Positions 38,925-49,051 of a stretch of 64,000 bases of DNA are shown in pieces. The stretch is from NCBI GenBank assembly GCA_028687275.1, contig JAQUAK010000001.1, positions 164,213-228,212 on the forward strand, in the 5' to 3' direction. Both the position numbers and the translations under genes were made by a program. The notes beneath the pieces were generated by a model. It did not search any database, was not told where the DNA came from, and was given only the letters and a program-made list of their open reading frames with translations. How positions within the stretch are numbered: the stretch's first letter is position 1; every line of letters starts with the position of its first letter. Origin of the DNA: Patescibacteria group bacterium. GTDB taxonomy: Bacteria > Patescibacteriota > Patescibacteriia > Patescibacteriales > UBA12465.

Positions 38925-39851
38925 ATGAACTCGATTAATATTATTTTCTCTTCAGATGATAATTACGCCCAACATTTGGGTGTGACGCTTTGCTCTATTT
39001 TTGAAAATAAAAAAGAAGATTATTTGATTAATGTTTATGTTATTGATGGTGGAATTTCTCAAGAGAATAAAAATAAATTATTTATATTAGAAAACAGATA
39101 TTCATTTATAATAAATTATCTTCATATTGAAATAGATAATTATAAAGATTTATATATTAGTGATCATATAACGCAAGCTACGTATTATAGAATATTGATT
39201 CCAAATTTATTAAATAAGAAAATTGAAAAAGTATTATATTTGGATTGTGATCTGTTAGTTTTAGGGGATTTGATAGAATTATTTGAAATAGATATATCTA
39301 ATTATTTGGCAGGGGTTATAGAGAATGAGTTAGATGTTATGGATAGATTAGATGTTATGGATAGATTAGACATGGAGGACGGTGATAGATATTTTAATGC
39401 TGGGGTGATGTTGATTAATATAAAAAAATGGCGTGAAAATAATATTTCTGAACAAACACTCGATTTTATTAATAATAATTCAAATCTTTTAAAATTTTGG
39501 GATCAAGATGCTTTAAATTTTATTTTAAGGAAAAAAATATTATTTTTAGATCAGCATTATAATTTTTTGGTATCAGGCATAGCGAAATCACCAAGTAATA
39601 AGAATGAAAAAAATATTATACCCAGAGTGGTGCACTATGTGGGCAAATTAAAACCATGGCATTTTTTATATTGTGGTCCCTATAAAAAATTATATTATCA
39701 ATGCTTATGTAAAACACCCTGGAAAAATTATAAATATCCTGATTTAAATATAAAAAATATATTTAAAAAATTATTTTTTTGTTTTGTTCCTATTAGATAT
39801 ATAGAAATATTGGTTAAATTAAACAAACATATTATTCAAAGATTTGACTAA
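38925..39851 (+). CDS. Family 8 glycosyltransferase (LgtC/RfaJ-like)
   Basis: SSDDNYAQHLGV, LYLDCDLLVL (DxD), YFNAGVMLINIKKWRE. Confidence 0.8.
   Translation: MNSINIIFSSDDNYAQHLGVTLCSIFENKKEDYLINVYVIDGGISQENKNKLFILENRYSFIINYLHIEIDNYKDLYISDHITQATYYRILIPNLLNKKIEKVLYLDCDLLVLGDLIELFEIDISNYLAGVIENELDVMDRLDVMDRLDMEDGDRYFNAGVMLINIKKWRENNISEQTLDFINNNSNLLKFWDQDALNFILRKKILFLDQHYNFLVSGIAKSPSNKNEKNIIPRVVHYVGKLKPWHFLYCGPYKKLYYQCLCKTPWKNYKYPDLNIKNIFKKLFFCFVPIRYIEILVKLNKHIIQRFD
39331..39366 (+). repeat. In-frame 18-bp tandem duplication inside the GT8 gene
   Basis: tagatgttatggatagat occurs twice (LDVMDR LDVMDR), followed by a partial third unit. Confidence 0.8.
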
Positions 39852-39910
39852 TCATAGATATGTTTTTAACAATATTAAATCTTTATTATAAATAAGTAAT
39901 AAATATAGTT

Positions 39911-40864
39911 ATGAATCAATTTAATACTCCAATTTTATTTCTAATTTTTAATCGTTTAGAAACGACTAAGCAAGTTTTTGCTGCTATCCGCGAACGTCGT
40001 CCTAAATATTTATTTGTTGCTGCCGACGGTCCACGAGACGGTAAGATTGGTGAAGCTGAAATTTGTGAGGAAGTGCGGCAGTTTGTAAAAGGTAGTATTG
40101 ATTGGGATTGCGAAGTAAAAACTTTGTTTAGAGGTGAAAATCTAGGGTGTAAGTTGGCAGTTAGCGGTGCTATTAATTGGTTTTTTTCTCAGGTTAAAGA
40201 GGGGATTATTTTAGAGGACGATTGTCTGCCTGATCAATCATTTTTTCCCTTTTGTGAAAATTTATTAGAAAAATATAGGAACAGTAATGAGGTGGCGATA
40301 ATTAGTGGCAATAATTTCAATAACAAAGAAATTAGCGAAGCCAGTTATTATTTTAATAAAATACCTCATATTTGGGGCTGGGCTACTTGGCGCAGGACTT
40401 GGGAAAAGTATGATGTTAAAATGTCGGAATATCAAAATTTTAAAAAGGAAGAAAAAATAAAAAATATTTGGAGTGATAAGAGAGTGCAAAATTATTGGAT
40501 TAATATTTTTAACGAAGTGTATAATAATAAAATTGATACCTGGGATTATCAGCTAACTTTTTCAATTTTTCTAAATAATAATTTGTGTATTTGTCCGAAT
40601 GTAAATTTAGTATCTAATATCGGTTTTGGAAAAGATTCTACTAATACATTAGTATCAAATAAATCCATAACAAACCTTCCTGTAAATAATATTATTTTTC
40701 CATTAATTCATCCAAAAAAAATAGAATATAATGAAAAAAATGATGATATTATTAATAATTTTCAATTAAAAAACTACAGGTTAAAAAAAGTATTAAAATA
40801 TTTGGGAATTTTTTCACTTGTAAAGAAAGTATACACGCATGTTTTGTCATATTCGCGGCAATAA
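39911..40864 (+). CDS. Putative GT-A fold nucleotide-diphospho-sugar transferase
   Basis: PILFLIFNRLETTKQVF, ILEDDCLP acidic motif. Confidence 0.5.
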   Translation: MNQFNTPILFLIFNRLETTKQVFAAIRERRPKYLFVAADGPRDGKIGEAEICEEVRQFVKGSIDWDCEVKTLFRGENLGCKLAVSGAINWFFSQVKEGIILEDDCLPDQSFFPFCENLLEKYRNSNEVAIISGNNFNNKEISEASYYFNKIPHIWGWATWRRTWEKYDVKMSEYQNFKKEEKIKNIWSDKRVQNYWINIFNEVYNNKIDTWDYQLTFSIFLNNNLCICPNVNLVSNIGFGKDSTNTLVSNKSITNLPVNNIIFPLIHPKKIEYNEKNDDIINNFQLKNYRLKKVLKYLGIFSLVKKVYTHVLSYSRQ

Positions 40865-40880
40865 AATTAAAAGCTGTTCT

Positions 40881-42092
40881 ATGAAAAAAATATTAATTAT
40901 TAATACTACTTTTAACACGGGAGGAGCCGCCCAGATAGCTAAAGAACTATTTAGTCAAATTAGTCCAAATTTTGTTGTATTTTTTGCTTATGGCCGAGGA
41001 TTGAAGATAAAAAATGATCAAATTTATAAATTTGGCAATATTTTTGAAACATTAATTCATATTTTTTTGGTTAGGTTTTTAGGCCTGGAGGGTTTTGGTA
41101 GTTATTTTTCAACTTTAAAATTAATTAGATTTATAGAAAGAGAAAAGTTTGATTTAATTCATTTACATAATCTTCACGGTTATTATTTGAATTTCTTTAT
41201 GTTGATTAATTTTTTGAAGAAAGAAAAAATAGCTATTGTTTGGACGCTGCATGATGAATGGTCGACCACTTGGCTGCCAGCCTACAGAGCTAATATAGAA
41301 AATTCTAGGAGTAATCAGGTGGAATATAATGGTAAAGACGTTTATCCTAGAAACTATTTCCCCTTTTTTAAAAATTTCATGTTTGATAAGAAAGAGAAGT
41401 TATTTTCAAATGGTTGGAACCCAACATTAGTCTGTCCTTCTCAGTGGTTAGCAGATGTCATTGCCACATCGTATTTAAATAAATTTACTTTAAAGATTAT
41501 TTACAATGGGATTGATACTCAAATATTTAAGCCCGTTGATGATAAAAGATTATTAAAAACAAAGAACGGGATCAATCTTAACAAGAAAATTATTTTATTT
41601 GTTGCCGCCAATTTGAATGATAAACGGAAAGGAATTAGTAATATTATTAATGTTGCTAAAATATTAAAAAGTAAAGATTATTTATTTATTGGTATTGGTC
41701 GAGGAGAACTAGATGTTCCTGATAACGTGAAAATTATAAATTATGTTTATGATAAAAATGAATTAGCTGAAATATATGCCTTATCTGATTTATTTTGCTT
41801 TGCTTCATCGGCCGAAACCTTCTTACTGACAGTAGCGGAATCTCTCGCTTGTAGCACCCCTGTTGTTGGTTTTGATATTAAAGTCGTTAGAGAAATATTC
41901 AAAGAAAATGTAGGTATTTTAGTTAAATTAGGGGATGATAAATCTCTCGCTGAAACTATTAATAGATTGCTAGACAATGGAGATGAAAGATTGATTATGG
42001 GTGCTAATGGTAGAAAATTAGTAGTTAATAATTATTCAAAAGAACTATTTTATCAAAATTATAATAATTTATATAATAAGCTACTAAAATGA
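40881..42092 (+). CDS. GT-B (family 4-like) glycosyltransferase
   Basis: N-terminal KILIINTTFNTGGAA and C-terminal E(x7)E-like SAETFLLTVAESLACSTPVV. Start at MKKIL. Confidence 0.8.
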   Translation: MKKILIINTTFNTGGAAQIAKELFSQISPNFVVFFAYGRGLKIKNDQIYKFGNIFETLIHIFLVRFLGLEGFGSYFSTLKLIRFIEREKFDLIHLHNLHGYYLNFFMLINFLKKEKIAIVWTLHDEWSTTWLPAYRANIENSRSNQVEYNGKDVYPRNYFPFFKNFMFDKKEKLFSNGWNPTLVCPSQWLADVIATSYLNKFTLKIIYNGIDTQIFKPVDDKRLLKTKNGINLNKKIILFVAANLNDKRKGISNIINVAKILKSKDYLFIGIGRGELDVPDNVKIINYVYDKNELAEIYALSDLFCFASSAETFLLTVAESLACSTPVVGFDIKVVREIFKENVGILVKLGDDKSLAETINRLLDNGDERLIMGANGRKLVVNNYSKELFYQNYNNLYNKLLK

Positions 42093-42838
42093 AACTTTCA
42101 TTAATCACTCCATCATACAATTCAGCGGCAACCATTACTCGCACCGTTGAGAGCGTGATAGCGCAGAATTATTCTGATTTGGAATATATTATTGTTGATG
42201 GCGCCTCAAAAGATAATACGAAAGATATTGTTTTAAGTTATCAAAATAAAATAAATATTAAATTTATTTCGGAGTCTGACTCCGGTATTTATGAGGCGAT
42301 GAATAAGGGGGTGAAATTGGCTAACGGGGAAGTCGTGGGAATCTTGAATTCTGATGATATGTTTGATAATCCTGAAGTTTTAACGAAAGTAGCCGCTCTT
42401 TTTGATGATGATAAAATTGAGGCTGTTTATGGTGATATTAATTATTTTTCAAAGGACGTTAATAAAACTACTAGAGTGTGGCGCGCTGGAGAGTATCAAG
42501 AAAATAAATTAAATAATGGTTGGGTTATTCCACACCCGGCTTTATTTTTGCGCCGAGAGGTTTATGAAAAATGTGGTTTATTTAGAACGGATTTTAAATT
42601 AGCCGGTGATTATGAATTTATTTTAAGAATTTTAAAAATCCATAAAATAAATTTAAAATATCTTCCAGAAGTTTTAGTGCGAATGTATAACGGTGGTGTT
42701 TCTGGTAATAATTTAGGGCAGAGGATTAAGGGCTGGAAAGAATTAAAAAAAGCCTGGAAAGTTAATAATCTAACTCTGCCCAAGCTTTTTATATTGCGAC
42801 GAATAATATTTAAGTTAAAGCAATTTTTGCCTATTTAA
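42089..42838 (+). CDS. Family 2 glycosyltransferase
   Basis: LSLITPSYNSA...YIIVDGASKDNT, NSDDMF. Confidence 0.85.
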   Translation: MKLSLITPSYNSAATITRTVESVIAQNYSDLEYIIVDGASKDNTKDIVLSYQNKINIKFISESDSGIYEAMNKGVKLANGEVVGILNSDDMFDNPEVLTKVAALFDDDKIEAVYGDINYFSKDVNKTTRVWRAGEYQENKLNNGWVIPHPALFLRREVYEKCGLFRTDFKLAGDYEFILRILKIHKINLKYLPEVLVRMYNGGVSGNNLGQRIKGWKELKKAWKVNNLTLPKLFILRRIIFKLKQFLPI

Positions 42839-43781
42839 CCCCATTTTCTTCTTCCCACCCAAAATCTGCTTTTAAAGTTTCTCTTAAACCGTCCTTAAAG
42901 GAGCGGGGTGAAAAGTCGGGCATAATGCTTTTTAGTCTCGTTATATCAGTGCGCTTTTCTAAGGTTCCGTCTGGTTTAGTTGTGTCCCAAATAATCTCTC
43001 CTTTATAGTCTATTACTTCCTCTAAAATCGTAATAAATTCTTTAATGGAATAATCAAAGCCGGTGCCGATGTTCACTATCTCGGCTTCGTTATAATTATT
43101 CATTAAATAAATACAGGCGTCGGCTGTATCATCAACATATAAAGCTTCGCGACGCGGCGTGCCTGTCCCCCAAAAAGTGAGGGGACTTTTATTTTTTTTG
43201 GCTTCAACAAATTTTTTAATTAGTGATGGAATCATGTGGCCGTTTTCCAAGTCATAAGTATCGTTGGGGCCATACATATTGGTCGGCATAAGGGCGATAG
43301 CATTGATATTATACTGCTGACGATATAACTGGCAGGCGACAACACCAAGCCCCTTGGCAACCGCGTAGCCCTTATTAGTTTCTTCTAGGCGTCCGGCCAT
43401 AAATCTATCTTCATTTATTGGTTGAGGATTTTCTTTGGGGTAAATACAGGTTGAGCCGGTAAAAAGAATCTTTGTTTTTGGGCTGAAATTCTTGATCGCT
43501 TCTAAAATGTTCAAAATCATGATTGAGTTCTGATAAAGAAAATCAGCTGGTCGCTTAGAGTTGCCGTAAATACCGCCAACAAGGCCAGCCACCATAAAGA
43601 CAAATTCTGGTTCTTTAGTTTTAAAATATTCATCAACTTGCAGTTTATCTAAAAGATTAAGCTCATTACTCCTTGGGGCATCAATATTAAGATAGCCCTG
43701 TTTTTTTAATTCACGGATGATAGAACTGCCAACGAGACCAGTTCCACCGAAGACGCTTATTTTACTGTCTGTTTGCATCAT
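42831..43781 (-). CDS. fcl: GDP-L-fucose synthase (GDP-4-keto-6-deoxymannose 3,5-epimerase/4-reductase)
   Basis: GGTGLVGS Rossmann motif, YAVAK catalytic YxxxK. Overlaps gmd by 20 nt. Confidence 0.88.
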   Translation of the reverse strand: MMQTDSKISVFGGTGLVGSSIIRELKKQGYLNIDAPRSNELNLLDKLQVDEYFKTKEPEFVFMVAGLVGGIYGNSKRPADFLYQNSIMILNILEAIKNFSPKTKILFTGSTCIYPKENPQPINEDRFMAGRLEETNKGYAVAKGLGVVACQLYRQQYNINAIALMPTNMYGPNDTYDLENGHMIPSLIKKFVEAKKNKSPLTFWGTGTPRREALYVDDTADACIYLMNNYNEAEIVNIGTGFDYSIKEFITILEEVIDYKGEIIWDTTKPDGTLEKRTDITRLKSIMPDFSPRSFKDGLRETLKADFGWEEENGVK

Positions 43782-44820
43782 ATATTTTTTTCTCCTTTTT
43801 AAAATCAGCTTCCGCCATAATATTAACTAACTCGGCAAATTTTATTTTCGGTTCCCACCCTAGCCCTTGCTTGGCTTTAGCGGGATCGCCTAGTAATATA
43901 TCTACTTCTGCTGGACGGAAATATTTAGGATCAATTTCAATAATAATTCTACCACTTTTTTTATCTATTCCTTTTTCTTTTAGGCCTTCGCCTTCCCAAA
44001 CTATTTCTAAATCTAATTTTTTGCCAGCTAGCTCAACAAATTCTCGGACAGTGTGAGTTTCTCCGGTGGCTAAAACGTAATCATCGGCTTTGTCGGTTTG
44101 AAGCATTAGATACATCCCCTCAACGAAGTCCGGCGCATAACCCCAGTCACGTTTGGCATCTAAATTACCTAAAAATAGTTTTTCTTCAGTGCCTAATTTT
44201 ATTTTGGCCAGGCCGCGAGTAATTTTTCTAGTTACAAAAGTTTCGCCACGACGTGGTGATTCATGATTAAATAAAATGCCGTTAACGGCGAAGAGATTAT
44301 AGCTTTCGCGGTAATTGCGGGTTATCCAATAAGCATAAACCTTAGCGCATCCATAGGGAGAACGAGGATGGAAAGGGGTATTTTCTGTTAATGGTAGATC
44401 TTCTGGTGCGACTTTACCGAACATTTCGCTTGATGAGGCTTGGTAGAATTTAGTTTTTAGTCCGGCTTGCTTAATTGCATCTAAAATTCTAATTGTGCCC
44501 AAGCCGGTTGTATCAGCAGTATACTCTGGAAGGTCAAAACTGACACGCACATGGCTTTGAGCCGCCAAATGATATATTTCATCTGGTTTGATAGTTTCAA
44601 TTAGGCGGCTGATATTACTACTATCAGAAATATCACCGAAGTGGAGAAATAATCTAACGTTATTTAAATGCGGATCTTGATAAAGATGATCAATTCTTTC
44701 AGTATTAAAAGTAGAAGCACGACGGATAATCCCGTGAACTTCATAGCCTTTTTCTAACAGAAATTCCGCTAAATAAGATCCATCTTGCCCTGTTATGCCA
44801 GTAATTAATGCTTTTTTCAT
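43762..44820 (-). CDS. gmd: GDP-mannose 4,6-dehydratase
   Basis: [41 protein letters not shown]. Confidence 0.95.
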   Translation of the reverse strand: MKKALITGITGQDGSYLAEFLLEKGYEVHGIIRRASTFNTERIDHLYQDPHLNNVRLFLHFGDISDSSNISRLIETIKPDEIYHLAAQSHVRVSFDLPEYTADTTGLGTIRILDAIKQAGLKTKFYQASSSEMFGKVAPEDLPLTENTPFHPRSPYGCAKVYAYWITRNYRESYNLFAVNGILFNHESPRRGETFVTRKITRGLAKIKLGTEEKLFLGNLDAKRDWGYAPDFVEGMYLMLQTDKADDYVLATGETHTVREFVELAGKKLDLEIVWEGEGLKEKGIDKKSGRIIIEIDPKYFRPAEVDILLGDPAKAKQGLGWEPKIKFAELVNIMAEADFKKEKKIYDANRQ

Positions 44821-45026
44821 AGATTTTTATAATTAATATCCAGTTAAATATAGCTTATCACAATTTTTTGAAGATTATAAGGGAATGGAGTTTATTAATG
44901 CAATTAATTAATAAAAAAGAACTATTTGACACTTAACTAAGATTTTTTTATCCTGTATTAGCATAAATTGGATGGGGATAATTTATAAAAACTTTATCTT
45001 TAATTTAGCTATATTTTATTTAATAT

Positions 45027-45070
45027 TAGCAATTATTAGGCTTGATAGCAATTATTAGTTGTGCTATAAT
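45027..45070 (+). promoter_or_regulatory. Two 13-bp direct repeats abutting an extended -10 upstream of the Bro-N gene
   Basis: TAGCAATTATTAG at 45027-45039 and 45046-45058. TGCTATAAT at 45062-45070. Confidence 0.4.
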
Positions 45071-45099
45071 ATTTAAGTAATAATTTATTGTGTAAATAT

Positions 45100-45978
45100 A
45101 TGGATAAAAATAATCAAAATTCCTTGGCCATTTTTGAAAATTTTAAAATTCGCCGATATTATAATGAAAAAAATGAAACTTGGTATTTGTCCGTTATTGA
45201 TATAATCGCGGCTCTGATCGGGCAGACGGATTTTAAAAAAGCAAAAAGTTATTGGACAACCTTAAAAAATCGCTTAAAAAATGAAGGAAGTCAAGTGGTC
45301 ACAGAATGTGAGCACTTGAAAATGATGGCTCAAGACGGAAAAATGCGAGAAACAGACGTGGCTGATGTAAAAACAATTTTGCGTTTGATTCAATCTGTTC
45401 CTAGTAAAAAGGCTGAATCTATCAAGCTCTGGTTAGCGCGTGTTGGTTATGAAAGAATGCAGGAAATTAACGATCCGGAATTAGCTTTGAATCGCAGCCG
45501 AGAATACTGGCAAAAGCTGGGCCGGAGCGAAGCATGGATACAACAGCGGATGATGGGGCAAGAAACGAGAAATAAGCTGACTGATTATTGGAGTGCGCAC
45601 GATGTGAAAAAGAGCGATGAGTTTGCAATTCTGACTAATATTATTCATGAAGAATGGAGCGATTTAACCGTTAAAAATCATAAAAATTTAAAAGGTTTAA
45701 AAACACAAAATCTTAGAGATCACATGAGCGAAGAGGAATTGATTTTTTCTGCCTTAGCTGAATTATCAACCAGAAAAATTGCGGAAACTATGGAAGCGGG
45801 CGGATTAGAGCAAAATAAGACACCGGCCAAAACAGGCGGGCGAGTCGCCAAAAATGCTCGGAAAGAATTAGAGTTTGAAACGGGAAAAAGTGTTATTTCT
45901 AGTAAAAATTTTTTATCATCTAAACAACAAATTAAAAAACTTTCTAGTTTCAGTCATCCCCAAATTGGAGACAACTGA
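45100..45978 (+). CDS. Bro-N domain protein (antirepressor/DinD-like family)
   Basis: IFENFKIRRYYNEKNETWYLSVIDIIAAL, ILRLIQSVPSKKAESIKLWLA. ATG at 45100; the track ORF uses TTG at 45088. Confidence 0.7.
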   Translation: MDKNNQNSLAIFENFKIRRYYNEKNETWYLSVIDIIAALIGQTDFKKAKSYWTTLKNRLKNEGSQVVTECEHLKMMAQDGKMRETDVADVKTILRLIQSVPSKKAESIKLWLARVGYERMQEINDPELALNRSREYWQKLGRSEAWIQQRMMGQETRNKLTDYWSAHDVKKSDEFAILTNIIHEEWSDLTVKNHKNLKGLKTQNLRDHMSEEELIFSALAELSTRKIAETMEAGGLEQNKTPAKTGGRVAKNARKELEFETGKSVISSKNFLSSKQQIKKLSSFSHPQIGDN

Positions 45979-45980
45979 AA

Positions 45981-46088
45981 CTAGAAAGTTTTGATGGTAA
46001 AAAATATGAAACTGACCGCGCTAATACCGAGGGAATATTTCGCATAATTCAATCAATTCCTTCGCTTAAGGTGAAACTGTTCAGATAA
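45981..46088 (+). pseudogene. Fragment of a second Bro-N paralogue
   Basis: Translates to LESFDGKKYETDRANTEGIFRIIQSIPSLKVKLFR*, aligning to QDGKMRETDVADVKTILRLIQSVPSKK of the adjacent gene. No start codon, and a different frame. Confidence 0.5.
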
Positions 46089-46113
46089 AATTTATAAAAA
46101 CATTTATAATGTC

Positions 46114-47451
46114 CTATCTCCCCATCATCCCCAAAACAGTTGCCACCGTTTTAAGAACAATAGAGAAGTCTAAATAAACCGATCTGTGTTTAATGTAGTA
46201 CAAATCGTTTTGTAATTTTTTTATAGTATCTTCTGGTGTGGCTGAGTGATATTCACCAGAAATCTGATCCCAGCCGCTTATCCCTGGTTTAATTAATAGG
46301 CGGGTGGTGTAAAAGGGAATAGCTGCTTCTAACTTTTCGGACAAGTCTGGCCTTTCTGGACGAGGGCCGATAAAGCTCATCTGACCTTTAAGAATATTAA
46401 TTAATTGAGGAATTTCATCAAGACGGGTTGAGCGCAGTAGTTTGCCCACAAGAGTAATACGCTTATCATTTACAGCCGTGATAGCACCATCATTGTCATT
46501 TACCCTCATAGTGCGAAACTTATATAACTTAAACAGGCGGCCATTTTTGCCCACGCGCATTTGGGTGAAAAGAATTGGCCCGGCACTATTTAATTTAATT
46601 AGGATAGCAATTAAAATCCACAGGGGCAGGCTAACCAGGAAAAAGATAGCGGCTAAAATATAATCAAAACTTCTTTTGGTAAAGTCAAAGTAATTTTTTT
46701 CAGCTTCGGCCAGGTTTTCTAGAAACCAGTCCTGATTAATATTTTCCACCGGCACCTTGCCGTTTACTTGCTCATAGAAATTTTCAAAAGAAATAAAACT
46801 AACCTGATGGCGTAAGAGGCTGAAGAGGATTTGGCGTAGGGCGATGTTGGCTCCAAAATCATCAGCTAGAATAACTGTGCGAATATTGCGATCAAGAATT
46901 TTCTGTCGTAGCTCCTTCAGCTCGCTCATATCTTTAAAGATAAGAGCGGTCTGATAGCCAAGACCAGGACGTCTTTGCATATTTGTCACTAACTCTTGTA
47001 CGTGTTCATTGTAGCCGATAATGGCAAGGTTATTTTGCCAGACAGATGATTTGAGCAATAGATAGGCTAGGCGGCGCCAAATTAAAAAGCCAGTAAGAGC
47101 GATAAGGGCAAAGATGACTAGATTAGTCTTCGGAGCGATATCTACTTGAGGGTAGATATAGAAATAGATAATGGATACCAGAGAAGCAACAATAACGCTA
47201 CTAAGAGTGCGACGGATGAAATTACGCTCTGAGGCCATTTGTCTTAGGCTATAGAGATTGTTTATATAGAAAACAAGCAGGAAGATGATAAAGACGCCAA
47301 TAAAATAATACCAGTGGTCTTGCCAATGAGGAGTGATGCCTTCAATGTCACTTAGTAGTCGATAGCGAACAAAAAGAGTTAGCGCTAGAGCTAAATGCAA
47401 GACCACAATATCTCCTAAGAGAAAAAATAGTTTTTTTAGGCTTTGATTCAT
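46114..47451 (-). CDS. Polyprenyl-phosphate hexose-1-phosphate transferase (WbaP/Bac_transf initiating enzyme)
   Basis: 4-5 N-terminal TM, KRSFDYILAA, LYKFRTM, PGISGWDQISG. Confidence 0.9.
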   Translation of the reverse strand: MNQSLKKLFFLLGDIVVLHLALALTLFVRYRLLSDIEGITPHWQDHWYYFIGVFIIFLLVFYINNLYSLRQMASERNFIRRTLSSVIVASLVSIIYFYIYPQVDIAPKTNLVIFALIALTGFLIWRRLAYLLLKSSVWQNNLAIIGYNEHVQELVTNMQRRPGLGYQTALIFKDMSELKELRQKILDRNIRTVILADDFGANIALRQILFSLLRHQVSFISFENFYEQVNGKVPVENINQDWFLENLAEAEKNYFDFTKRSFDYILAAIFFLVSLPLWILIAILIKLNSAGPILFTQMRVGKNGRLFKLYKFRTMRVNDNDGAITAVNDKRITLVGKLLRSTRLDEIPQLINILKGQMSFIGPRPERPDLSEKLEAAIPFYTTRLLIKPGISGWDQISGEYHSATPEDTIKKLQNDLYYIKHRSVYLDFSIVLKTVATVLGMMGR

Positions 47452-47517
47452 ATATTTTATGCTTAAATAATAGCAATAAGTAGAGATAAAATCAATTTGT
47501 TTATTTCTAAATTACAC

Positions 47518-47546
47518 TTGACATCATCATATAAATATGCTATAAT
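47518..47546 (+). promoter_or_regulatory. Consensus sigma70-type promoter for the 450-aa secreted protein gene
   Basis: TTGACA (47518-47523), 17-nt spacer, TATAAT (47541-47546), with TGC immediately upstream of the -10. Confidence 0.6.
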
Positions 47547-47583
47547 TCCTCTGGGTTGAAAGTCTTAATAAATAGACAATATT

Positions 47584-48936
47584 ATGCTTAAATTAAACAA
47601 AAAACTACATATTTACCTTTTAGGGGGCTTAATTTCCTTGCTTTTAGCTGTTGTTTTGCTTATCCCTAGCCAAGCTTTGGCCCTAAGTCCAGCTGTTAAT
47701 CAGGTGAAAACACCTAATAATTCAGCTGTCTATTACTTAAACCATGCTACACATCAGCGTAAAGCCTATATTAATGCAGCTGTATTTTTAGATTATGGCA
47801 ATAATTGGAGTCAGGTTAAGGTAATTAGTCCAGAAGAATTGGCTCAGTGGCCCGAAGCACGTTTAATTAAAACGGCTAATAGCGATCAGTTATATTATAT
47901 TAATGAAGGGAAGAAAGTCTTGATGCGTGATTTACAAGATATTTTAAATTATCATCTTGAAGATGTTCTCCCAATTACTGTGAGTGAGTTTGAATTAATG
48001 CAATATCAGACGGAAACTTCATATGCTGAGACTGGCTTAAGTAAGAGTAATGGCTTAATTGTTAGTCAGGACTTAAATCTTGATCAGGCTAACCCCGGTT
48101 ATAGCTTAGTGCCTAATACTCGTGATAATCAGGTTATGACTTTATATTTAAGTGCTCGTACAGAAACGGTAACCTTAAATAGTCTTAGTTTTCAAATAAG
48201 TGGTCTTTATAATAATGATTTAATTGATGAAGTCTATTTGGTAAATAAGGGTAATAATAAAAGGATTAAAAGTAGCAGTAGTTTTCGCGATAGAATAGTA
48301 ACGGTGCGTTTTAATTCTAATGATTTTATTATTACTTCTGGTAATACCATGGCAGTTAGAGTGATGCTTAGTCTTAATAACGCTAGTAATGTCAATAATC
48401 AAACCCTACAATTTAAATTAATTGAATCAGGTTCAGTAATTGCTAATTTAAATGCCGAGGGTTCTTTTCCTTTTCTGGGGCGTCAGTTTACTCTGCTTGA
48501 CGGCAATGAACTTTTAGCTAAATTAGTTGTTAATGAAGAAAGTTTAGGTTCTAATCATAGTCAACAGACTTTAGGACGCTTTGTTATTACTGAGACTAGC
48601 GGCAAAGAAGATGTTTATATTAAGGAATTAGTTTTTAGAAATAATGGCTCTGCTAATAAGTTTGATTTGAATAATTTTAAACTAAAGAAAGATAATCAAG
48701 TTATTGCTAATGCTTCAGCTATAGACAGTAATTTAATTAGCTTTAATATTGCCTATCTACGTCTAGCGGCTAATAGTAATGTAAGCTTAACTGTTTATGG
48801 TAATCTGATGACTGATTATGATAGTGGTCGTAGTGTTAATTTGAGTCTCACTGATATGACTGCAGTTGGAAAGACCTATGGGCAATCTTTGAGCTCAACT
48901 ATTAATAATATTAGTGAAAGTTTTAATCTTAATTAG
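47584..48936 (+). CDS. Secreted or cell-surface protein of unknown function
   Basis: Signal peptide ending SQALA and a beta-rich Asn/Ser-rich sequence. Confidence 0.55.
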   Translation: MLKLNKKLHIYLLGGLISLLLAVVLLIPSQALALSPAVNQVKTPNNSAVYYLNHATHQRKAYINAAVFLDYGNNWSQVKVISPEELAQWPEARLIKTANSDQLYYINEGKKVLMRDLQDILNYHLEDVLPITVSEFELMQYQTETSYAETGLSKSNGLIVSQDLNLDQANPGYSLVPNTRDNQVMTLYLSARTETVTLNSLSFQISGLYNNDLIDEVYLVNKGNNKRIKSSSSFRDRIVTVRFNSNDFIITSGNTMAVRVMLSLNNASNVNNQTLQFKLIESGSVIANLNAEGSFPFLGRQFTLLDGNELLAKLVVNEESLGSNHSQQTLGRFVITETSGKEDVYIKELVFRNNGSANKFDLNNFKLKKDNQVIANASAIDSNLISFNIAYLRLAANSNVSLTVYGNLMTDYDSGRSVNLSLTDMTAVGKTYGQSLSSTINNISESFNLN

Positions 48937-48941
48937 AGCTT

Positions 48942-48969
48942 AAAAAACAGGCGATTAAGCCTGTTTTTT
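48942..48969 (+). terminator. Terminator
   Basis: aacaggc-gattaa-gcctgtt followed by a T run. Confidence 0.65.
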
Positions 48970-49051
48970 GTTTGGCGAAGCCTGTTAGATATGCTATAAT
49001 TACAAAAAATGAGTGTAACTTTAGTCGAGATATCTTTTTAAACATATAAAT

